Source: Thraustochytrium aureum
Taxonomy: Eukaryota
Direction of reading: 5' to 3'
DNA: 64,000 bases
Assembly (NCBI GenBank): GCA_012862495.1
Contig: BLSG01000281.1
Span: 6,078-70,077, forward strand
This document shows, piece by piece, positions 54,931 through 64,000 of the stretch. The translations under genes and the position numbers were made by a program. Below the pieces are notes generated by a model. That model did not search any database. It saw only the letters and a program-made list of their open reading frames with translations, and was not told where the DNA came from. Positions within the stretch are counted from its first letter, which is position 1; each line of letters opens with the position of its first letter.

Positions 54931-56020
54931 CGGGGTGCGTTGGGAAACGTCCTCCCCACAGGCGGCCCCGCAGCGTGCCTGGAAAGTGGCTCACTCGTAC
55001 AAGACCACGCTCCTCTTCCGCGCCAAGAAGATCGGCCGTCCGTGGTTCGTGTGTGGGCGCGCCACATGCGCGTCGGCGCGATCGTCTCTCCGCTGCCGAG
55101 GGAGAGGACTCAGGCCCCCGGCAAGGCGGCGTTGCGAGCGACTGCCATTGCATGCGCAGCGCAGGACGAAGAAGCGCGATGCGAGCCGCGAGCGCGACAG
55201 GAAGGAAGGAAGGCGCTCGCAGGCCGTGCGTTTGCGCGATGCCGTGCGAGGCGCGAAGGCTGACTGCGCCATCACCGCCAGCAGCGTCGACAAGGCCAAC
55301 CCGCCGGCACGTTGCGTGCGTGGCTGGCAACTCTGGGCGCACTCGCTCACTGACATGCAAACAGAATTCAGGTGAGAAGGAAGGTAGAGTAGAGTAGGTA
55401 AGCGCCCTGCTTCGAGTTCGTGAGGCGGGCGAGCAAGAGAGGAGAGCAGAGCAAGAGAGCAGCAGCAGCCAGCCCGCAAGCCAGCCAGGCGCCGGCCTCC
55501 GCCAGCGTGCACGCCGTGCCTTCAGCGGCGCTGGCGTACGGATGTGGGTGGAGCTCGTTTTGTTCTGTTTCTTTCAGTCCGAGCCCCGCAGCGCTGAGGA
55601 GAAAACCCGGCAAACGGCAAAGGGCGCGCCCCTCCAGACACGCAGCGAGATGGGCGGAATTCCGCGGCGCGCTGTGAGGCGGCAGGCGGCTTGTGAGGGC
55701 GCGCTAGAGAGAGGACTGGGCTCCGTGCGATCGTTTGCGCAAGGGCAGAGTCAATCATCGTTTGCCAGCCGCTGCGCCGCGACGCCCGACCAAGTCTGCA
55801 ACAACACCACGCACGCGAGCGACGCGGTGATCGACGGCGAAGAGGGCCAAGCGCAAACGCGACGCGCGAGAGTGTCGACCTGCACGCAGCAGCAGCGCGA
55901 GACTTGCGCGCCAGGGTCTCTGCTGCGGTCGAGGGAGCGAGCGATCTCCTTCGTCGGGAGGTTGCACCAACAAGCTTTCAGAGCACGTACGTGGACCTGC
56001 GGGCTGACTGAGCTTGCGCA

Positions 56021-56847
56021 ATGGCGAGCCCCGTGCCCGCCTCATCGCTCGCGGCAAGTCTCAACCTGCAGGCCCTGCTCGGCCACTCGCTGTTCGCGCA
56101 GCTAAAACGCACGGCCGAGAGCGCCAGCTCGACCACACGGACGTGGCGCACGGCCTGGCCGGCCTGGCGAACACGAGCCACTCTTTGGCAGCTGCCACTT
56201 GCCGGATCTCGTCGGCAACGCCAACAAATCAAAACCCGAAGCGCGTCTCCAATGGCAATGCCGCGCTAGAGTCGGTGGCCGCCGCTGCCGTGGCCGTCGC
56301 CGAGGTCGAAGCGGGGGCCACAAACAAGCTGGCCAAGCGGCGCCAGCAAATCGCCCTCGCGTCGCGCAAGTCGCGCGCCAAGCGAAAAAGGGAGCTCGAA
56401 GACCTCCGCGACACCAACCAGCAGCTCCAAGACGAGATCTCCCGCCTCCGGAAGCGCCTGCGCGCCTTCGGTGACGTGGATGACCACGAGGGCGCCGCCC
56501 ACGACAAAGCCCAAGCAAAGGCAGCGCTGGCTGCGCATACACCGACGTCATCAAAAGCGGAAGATACCTCGAGCGACAGCAGCAGCGTTGACACGGAGAG
56601 CCAGGGTTTCTTGGCGAAAGACCCGAAGCGTTCCGTTGCCGAATCGCTCGTGGCCTCTGCGACTGCGCCAAAACTGGATATGAAAAATACCTTTCAGTTC
56701 CTCGAGTCGCGCCTGGCGTGGTACTTTCAGCAGCTCAAGGACGACGCAGCGCGCTTTCACGCAGGAGAGCTTTCCGACGAGTCCAGGCGCATATTGGCAT
56801 GCCTCGAAGCCCGCATCGTCTGCCTGCCGATGGAGAAACCAGAGTAG
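56021..56847 (+). CDS. bZIP transcription factor; apparent frameshift ~56120
   Basis: KRRQQIALASRKSRAKRKRELEDLRDTNQQLQDEISRLRKRL. ATG 56021 is in a neighbouring frame. Confidence 0.8.
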
Positions 56848-57162
56848 GCTGCGTGCCCCCCCCCCCGACGGATATCGAATGAAAGATTGCTCTGATCTTT
56901 CAGGAGCTGCTCGCGGGACGCGCGCCGCCTTGGTTACCCAGCTTTTTTATTTTGGCCACGGGTCGCTTGTCCCAGGAGCAACCACGACGCTGTTGGTTTG
57001 CTTGCCCTGTACACGAAAGAAGAGAATGAAGAATGACAAGGAAATACCAATTTATTTGAGGTTTTTTGTTGTTGTAAGTAAAAGGTCGCTTTTTTTGGCG
57101 GCCGCTGGGGCGGGGCTGGCCACTCCCCCCTGAACGGCTACTTCGCGCTCCCGAAACTCATG

Positions 57163-58271
57163 CTAGTCGAGCTCGCCGAGGAAAATGACTCTGTCCAGCG
57201 ACCCTGACGCAACCACCTGCTCGGTGGGATGGAAACCGACGCCCAAGACTGCGCCCGCGTGGCCTGGCAAGTCAAACACGAGCTCTCCCGTTCGCGCATC
57301 CCAGATCGGAACAGTGCTCCCAGCACAGCCCGCGGAGATCCGGTCCCCCTTGGGCGACACGGCGCATCGAAGCAGCAGCCCGTCAGGGTTTGGGGGAGGG
57401 CGCCACCGTCCTGTGCAGCCAGAACGCGCAACAGGCGCGCTTCATCCCCGCCGGAAACAAACGGGCGACCGTCCCACTGCACGACATGCCCAGTCGAGCT
57501 GTTTGACACGAAGCAGGAGCCTCCATTCCCGCCAGCAGCGACGCCTGTGATGACGCCGCCGCTGCTCGGCCCGTGCCGCAGCTCGAAGAGCACATCTGCC
57601 TTGCGAGTATCCCAAGCTCGCACAACACCGTCCACACCGCCGCTAAAGACCATTGTGGCATTGGCACTGCCGGCTGCGAGTTCGGCAAAGCAAACGGATG
57701 CCACTGGAGCATCGTGCTCAAACACGGAGCTGCATCGCGGCCCCGCCCGCGGGTCCCACGTTCGCAGCGTGGCGTCGTCAGAAACGCTTGCCACGAGGCC
57801 CTGCCGCGACACCGTGCAGCCATTCACGAAGGCGCTGTGGGATTTCATGTACACGATGCATTTGCCTGTCGCAGCGTCCCACCACCGCACGGTGCGGTCC
57901 GCCGAGCACGAAGCAAGCCTCTCGCTGTCCGCTGACCACTCAACTTGCTGGACAGAGTTTCGGTGGCCCCGCAGCACGCCCACGTTCTCCACGCTCGACC
58001 CAACCGACCACAGAAACACGCGCTTGTCGAGCGAACAGGAAGCCAGCCGCTTCCCGTCGGGCGAAAAGCTGACACCGTTCACTGGACCCTCGTGCCCCTC
58101 CAGCCGCACGATAGGCGCAGGAAGGGACGACGTCCGTGGCACCAGCACGAGCGCGCTCGCGTTCGCCGCGTCCTCCGCGCGGCCGCGCTTCGCTAGCGGC
58201 AAGCTGTTCGCGGCCACGAGCGCTGCCGGCCTCGGGCTGCTGTCCGCGCCGCCGTCTCTGGCGCGTTTCAT
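57163..58271 (-). CDS. SNRNP40: U5 snRNP 40 kDa WD40 protein; apparent frameshift ~57380
   Basis: RTSSLPAPIVRLEGH, VLRGHRNSV, H..FVN.C, VSDD, WD.RPF; after correction LLRCAVSPKGDRISAG...LPGHAGAV..V.FHPTE..VASGS.D..IFLGELD. Confidence 0.88.
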
Positions 58272-58662
58272 CGCGCCGCACACGCAGTCCTCGACAGCCG
58301 CTCCTGCTCTTCCGCCTCAACTGCCCCTACTACTACTCGCCTGCGCGCACGACATCTCCTTGGACATCTGGGTTAGGTCCGCGGCCCTTGGGNNNNNNNN
58401 NNNNNNNNNNNNNNNNNNNNNNNNNNNNNNNNNNNNNNNNNNNNNNNNNNNNNNNNNNNNNNNNNNNNNNNNNNNNNNNNNNNNNNNNNNNNNNNNNNNN
58501 NNNNNNNNNNNNNNNGGAGCCCGCCAGACCTCGTGAGCCCCGTGCTGCTGCGCGCGAGCGCCTGGACAACGCCCCCCACTCCTGCGAGCACCTTGGCGCC
58601 CTCGCGAGGGACCGCCCAGTGCGCGCTGCCAAGGCCGGCCGCGCGCGGAGCGGCGGGACGCG

Positions 58663-58734
58663 TGGCGCTGCCTTGAACGAGATGGAAAGCGCTGCGTTGA
58701 ACGAGATGGAAAGCGCTGCCTTGAACGAGGTGGA
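58663..58734 (+). repeat. 24-bp repeat x3 encoding (M/V)ESAALNE
   Basis: GCGCTGC[C/G]TTGAACGAG[A/G]TGGA repeated at the SBNO start. Confidence 0.8.
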
Positions 58735-61700
58735 GGCGAGCCCCCCCCCAGCTCGGCTGGATCCCAAACCAATTGCGCCTGGAGTGCGCGAGGTAGAAGA
58801 GCTTGTCGAGGAGGACGTTCTAGAGAGCGGCAGCGCCGAGTCAGAGGTGTGGAATGAGTACAAATGCAACAGCCTCACCTTTGGCAAGCCCCACCCGGGC
58901 GACGTTGTCGAGCCCGCGTCGCTGGCAGCCGTGCGGCTCCCAACACTCACCTACCCTGTACTTGAATCCCTCGGCCTGCAAGCAGAGGGCGGCAAGCTCT
59001 CTCAGCTGCAGCTGGAGGGTGTGGCATTTGCCTGCCAAAAGCACCAGCACATCCTCCCAAACGGGTCACGCTGTGGGTTCTTCCTCGGCGACTCCGCTGG
59101 AATCGGCAAAGGCCGCCAGATCGCAGGCATCATCCTCGAGAACATGTCGCGCGGGCGCATGCGGCACCTTTGGGTGTCGACCTCCAGCGACCTCGGCAAG
59201 GACGCCGCCCGCGACCTTGGCGATCTCGGGTGCACCATGCCTGTCCATGAAGGCGTGCAAGCGCTGGATCGAGCGCGAGCCAAAGGCATGGGCATGAACT
59301 CCAGCGACCAGACCGGCGTTCTGTTCACCACTTATACGTCGCTCGTGACAGGCACAGGGACGCGGTCGCGCTTTGAGCAGATTTGCGCGTGGCTTGGCGG
59401 CGCAAACACATTTAGTGGCTGCCTCGTTTTCGACGAGTGCCACAAGGCGAAAAACTTTGCCGAGGGCGAGGACGCGGGCTCCAAAGTGGCAAAGGCGGTG
59501 GTCGCCATCCAGCAGCGCTTCCCGCGAGCGCGATGCGTCTATGTCTCTGCCACCGGCGTCACCGACATTGGCAACTTGGCCTACATGGACCGACTGGGCT
59601 TGTGGGGCGAGGGGGCTGCGTTTCAGACGTTTGACGACTTCAAGACGTCCATGGGCAAGCGCAACCTTGGTGCGCTCGAAATGCTTGCTATGGAACTCAA
59701 GGGAACCGGGATGCACGTCAGCCGAGGGCTCTCATACCACCGCGCCACGTTCGAGTCCATCGAAGCCTGTCTCACGCCCCAGCAGTACGCGATTTACCGC
59801 GAGGCCGCGGCCTTCTGGGTCGACCTGCACGCGGCTTTTCTCAAAGGCGTCAAGCTCGCAAAGACAAAGTTCCCCTCGCGCCCTTTCTGGTCGACTCACC
59901 AGCGCTTCTTCAAGCACCTTTGCATCGCCTTCAAGGTAGATACAATTTGCCAGCTCGCCTGCAGCGCGCTCGAAGCGGGCAAGTGCGTCGTGATCGGACT
60001 GCAGTCAACCGGCGAGTCTGCGCTCTCGTTCTGGTCGAAGGCGTTTGGTGCCAGAGCGGGCGCCAAGGGCAACGCCCTTCCAGCGGGAGTTCCTTCGCCG
60101 ATTTACGCTGCGAATCTCATGCTCATGCACCTCATAGAGACGCACTTTCCAGCTGTCCCCATGAGCAGCGCTGACCAAGAGATGCTTTGGGAAGCGGAGA
60201 AGGCGATCCACCAGGGGTCAGTTGGGGCAACGCCTGCATCCCAACCGACAGCGACACCCGCTTCGGCGTACTCGCCGTCGACGAAGCGGCCGAGCGGCTC
60301 GCAGGCTGTTGCAGACTCCGAGCCGATGTTTGCTGGCCAAGCCACTCTGGACGCTATTCGCGAGCTGCAGGGCATCAAAGCCGCCCTGCTTGAGAGCGCC
60401 GCTGTGCTCCCGCTCCCAGCCTCTGCAGTCGATGATCTCATCTACCGCCTTGGCGGGCCTGCGCAAGTGGCAGAGATGACGGGCCGCCGAACCCGCATCG
60501 ACGCGCCGCTGACCTCGCCCGCCGAGCAGGCGCGCCGGGCTCTGGCTGGGCTCCCGACTGGCCTCGCAACGTGCGCGTCGCGGTGCAGGATAGCCCCGCG
60601 AGACAGTTGTTTGGGGTTGCCCTTTGACGCCCTTGTCTCCAAGTCTGCGCGTGCGGCGGACGATGGTGGCTGCGAATCGCTCAACATTCAGGAGAAGAAG
60701 GCCTTCATGCGCGGTGACAAGCTCGTTGCTATCATCAGCGACGCTGCCTCGACGGGCATTTCTCTTCACGCAGACGTCCGAGCAGTCAACCAACGCCGTC
60801 GCGTTCACCTCACCTGCGAACTGCCGTGGGCCGCCGACTCTGCGGTGCAGCAACTGGGCCGGAGCCACAGAAGTGCTCAAGCCTCTGCGCCAGAATACAA
60901 GCTCGTTTGCTCCGGGGTCGGGGGCGAGAACAGGTTTGTCGCCGCGGTCGCAGCTCGCCTTCAGTCCCTGGGCGCCCTCACTCACGGCGATCGCCGCGCC
61001 TCAAGTGGCGGGATGCGCCTCGGCGAGTTTAACTTCAACACCAACTACGGCAAGGCAGCGCTCGAGGCGATCATCGACTCTACAATGCGCGGCGCTGTGC
61101 CAGACGGCGTTGACACCGATGCCGTGATCCGCGAGACTGCCGGCCAGCTTGCATTGGCAAAACTCGCAGCAGCGGACAGCGAGGGGGACAGCGAGGGAGG
61201 TTCAGGCGCCATGAATCCAGCAGACGGCGAGGAGGGTGCTGGCGCTCTGCATCTGGCGTCGCACTCACAACCGTTTGCAGGTGAAGGGGACTATTCTGGA
61301 GCGGGGCTCGCCCGATCGCGAACCAAGCCGACTTTGTGGCTTGTGTGAGCCAGGGCATCGCTCTCGCGCTTGACGACACCTGCACATCCATAGAAGCCAG
61401 TGCCGCGCGGCTCAGCGCAAGCGCGGGCGACAATGACCGCATCTCCGTCAAGCGCTTCCTCAACCGCATTCTCGGCCTGCCAATTCACATGCAGGGTCTC
61501 CTCTTCAACTACTTCGTGGCCACGCTCGCTGCAAAGACGCAGCAAGCCAAGAACGAGGGCACGTTTGACGAAGGCGTCAGCGACCTCCACGCAAACTCGC
61601 TCACGCGAGCTGCGCCACCCGAGATCCTTTTTCACAACTCGAGCACAGGCGGCGAGCTTGTACTCCACCCACTCAAGCTCGATCGTGGGGTCTCCATGTC

Positions 61701-63617
61701 TGAGGCCGAGGCGCGACTCAAGGTGGCTGTGGAGGTGTTTGAAGCAGACGCTGTTAAGCGCGGCACTATTGGCGGCGATGGAGGCGGACTCTTGGACAGC
61801 AATGAGAATCGGAAGAATGAGGGCGACGAGCATGAGCTCGACGACGAGCATGAGCTCGACGACGAGCATGAGCTCGACGAAGAGGATGAGCTCGACGAAG
61901 AGCATGAGCTCGACGACGAGCATGAGCTCGACGAGGACCCGGATCAGGACGCCCGCTCAAAGCATAGTAGTTGCAGCAGCACGGCCGGAGCAGAGGCCAA
62001 TGGCGCCAGTGCAAACTGTGATGAGCGTGTCCAAACAGAGGGCGAGGGAGCAGAGCCGCAGTGGACACCAAACGAGGTGGAAATTCGCGCACGCCAGCTC
62101 CGGGTTGGCGGGTTTTTCGTCTCGCGACGGGAAATGGTTGGACGAGGAGGAGGCGAGCTGTCGTACTTGCTCGCAGTCCGAAAGTCTCCAAGGTCTCGCA
62201 TGTTTGTTATTTATCGGCCAAACACAGGCCGAGCGCTTGCGGAGAGGCCCGAGGCTGATCTGAACCGAATCTATCGGCTCGTTACGGCGGAGGAAACGCG
62301 CTCGCCGTGGACGCAAGCTTATGAGAGGTGCCTCGACAGCTGCCAGCACGGCCCCAGCTGCAATGTCGGCCCGCACTGCCAGGCCGGCAAAAGAGTGAGC
62401 ACAGTTGGTATTCTCGCAGGATGCGTTGTCCCGCTATGGAACCACCTTGCTGATGCTTTGCGAGACCAGTCGCTTCATCTTTCAAAGGCGGACCAGGTGC
62501 TTCGAATTATCCGAGCTCAACTGAATGACGGCACCCGCGTTGTTGGAATTCGCTGGCCTGCAATCGCCATGAATGTGTTGCGGTCGCGCATGCAGAGTTT
62601 GAGGTCCAATCTGACTGACGTTGTCCTCCGCGTTCCTATGGGAGCCCCGACCATTGGATTTTCGCTCAAGGGATCTCGGACGGTTGTGAATGTTTCCCAG
62701 GAGGTTGCTCGGACGGGCCTTCGCGAGGGCCACCTGCTCGTCCAGGTGAACGGCCTCGACGTGAGCGAGGCCTCTGCTGCCGAGCTAGTTGCCGTGCTAC
62801 GTGCCCAGCTCGCGTTGGATCGGGTATTGCGTATATGCGTCGCAACAGAGAACGGCAGCTCGCCTGCGTCCGGCTCGCTGCTCGCTGGCGGAAAGCTCAC
62901 GATTGAGGCGCCAACCCCGATCAACGCGCGCTCGCTGGCCCTGGCGTGCCGGGAGAGAAGACGATCCTATCGTTTTTCCACAAGAAGACCANNNNNNNNN
63001 NNNNNNNNNNNNNNNNNNNNNNNNNNNNNNNNNNNNNNNNNNNNNNNNNNNNNNNNNNNNNNNNNNNNNNNNNNNNNNNNNNNNNNNNNNNNNNNNNNNN
63101 NNNNNNNNNNNNNNNNNNNNNNNNNNNNNNNNTATCGTTTTTCCACAAGAAGACCAGCCAGAGCCAGCCCGCGGCAACTCAAAGACTTGGTAGTATCGTG
63201 CGGTCGGACCGCGCCTCACCGCGAGTGGACGCTTTGGAGAACAAGAATTTGACGCGTCGGCGCATCGAGGAGGATGGCGGTGAGGAGGGCTTCGTGGGCG
63301 ACAGTTTGTCAACTTGCGCTGCCCGTGCGTCTGACGCAGCGAGCGGTACCAATCAGGAGGCGGCGCGCTGTCCTGGTGGCGTTGGCAGTGCTTCAGCCCC
63401 GGTTCTTGTTGCGGAAAGTGCTGAAGAAATCCACGCCCTCGCCAAACGCAAGAAGAGAGAGTCGCTCGGCAAGAAAGACTTTGCAGGGTTTTTCAAACAA
63501 CGAAGGACAACGGGCACGCCTGCCAGAGCGGACCAGCAGCCTGGAGCTCTGGGCACAGGGGCTTCCGCTCCGCTCGCTACTCGGCCGGCTTGCCGCGAGG
63601 TTATTGAAATTGACTAG
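58682..63617 (+). CDS. SBNO: Strawberry notch (SBNO/FGT1) SF2 helicase-like protein; apparent frameshifts ~61310 and ~62955; spurious gap 62992-63132
   Basis: HPGDVVE..SL, LSQLQLEGV..AC.KH, GFFLGDSAGIGKGRQIAG, FDECHKAKN, VYVSATG, FWSTHQRFFK, VVIGLQSTGE, VAEMTGR, IISDAASTGISLHAD, QQLGRSHRS, LQSLGALTHGDRRA, FLNRILGL, CQHGPSC...C..GKR. Confidence 0.93.
61825..61936 (+). repeat. 18-bp coding repeat x6 encoding DEHELD
   Basis: GACGAGCATGAGCTCGAC units, in frame within SBNO. Confidence 0.9.
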
Positions 63618-64000
63618 TTTTTGTGGCGGCAGAACGACCCCACACTTTGAATAGATCGTGCGTACCCCTACCTACAGGACACCCTCAGCAAGAGTCGGCT
63701 TGGCAGGCAAGCGGAAGCCACCCGCAAGCAAGCAGGCACTTGAACGACAGAAGGCCCTTCTCTGGCGACCCCCCTGATCGGCCGTGTTGGCTACGGTCGT
63801 CCTGCCTGCACCTCAGGGGCTTCGAGCGCCGCTTTAATAAGATCCTTGTTTCGATCGCAAAGCTCCGGCGAAACAGCCGCCACGCGCGCGCTACGCTTGA
63901 GCTTGGTGGAGTTGTTTGCCATGGCGCTTTGCGCAACATGCGCGGCTACGTTGGCTTTTACCTGACTCGACCAAGGCGGCGCTAGAGAGTCCTCGCTCGG

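Noticed and set aside
1230..62960. Roughly 15-20 frameshifts in conserved genes, read as pseudogenes, programmed frameshifting or RNA editing
   Set aside because: They hit essential genes (CPSF73, VPS33, SNRNP40, TOP6A), go in both directions, mostly fall in short homopolymers, share no slippery motif and come without in-frame stops. This is typical of homopolymer-prone sequencing. Read or RNA-seq mapping would settle it.
62968..63156. Duplicated 24 bp around the gap in SBNO (similar case at 10140/10342)
   Set aside because: Most simply a contig overlap artefact; not evidence of a target-site duplication.

Overview
Gene-dense, GC-rich eukaryotic draft scaffold with many N gaps. Genes are compact and mostly intronless or carry short (83-116 nt) GT-AG introns. 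Gene content (flagellar proteins, plant-type TOP6A/SPO11-3, vacuolar sorting receptor, cathepsin Z, divergent bZIPs) and GGCA/CAG microsatellites suggest a flagellated stramenopile, probably a thraustochytrid/labyrinthulomycete (inference). About 27 protein-coding genes are supported, mostly housekeeping: an FMN-type glutamate synthase-family protein, CFAP20-like, KCTD/BTB, an ADD-finger protein, TOP6A, GH18 chitobiase, glucosidase II beta, VSR, CDF transporter, RIOX/NO66, two bZIPs, TM9SF, CTNNBL1, TBC1D7-like, VPS33, an NWE-motif protein, a MARK/SNF1-like kinase, DNAAF1, NUP107, cathepsin Z, a GlpA-like oxidoreductase, CPSF73, SNRNP40 and strawberry notch. Roughly 15-20 apparent frameshifts, mostly in short homopolymers, and several gaps with duplicated flanks are best explained as sequencing or assembly error. 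No rRNA, tRNA, CRISPR or transposase was recognised, and I see no clear-cut new multi-gene system. The best leads are a fold-back 50-bp repeat element and a second 15-bp array in divergent promoters, a strawberry notch protein with PDZ-like, PIP-like and SIM-like C-terminal motifs, a kinase with about 8 RPx[S/T]A motifs, a membrane hairpin inserted in a GlpA-like enzyme, and a CDF lacking its C-terminal domain with an altered metal site. All family calls come from motif recognition by eye, not database searches.
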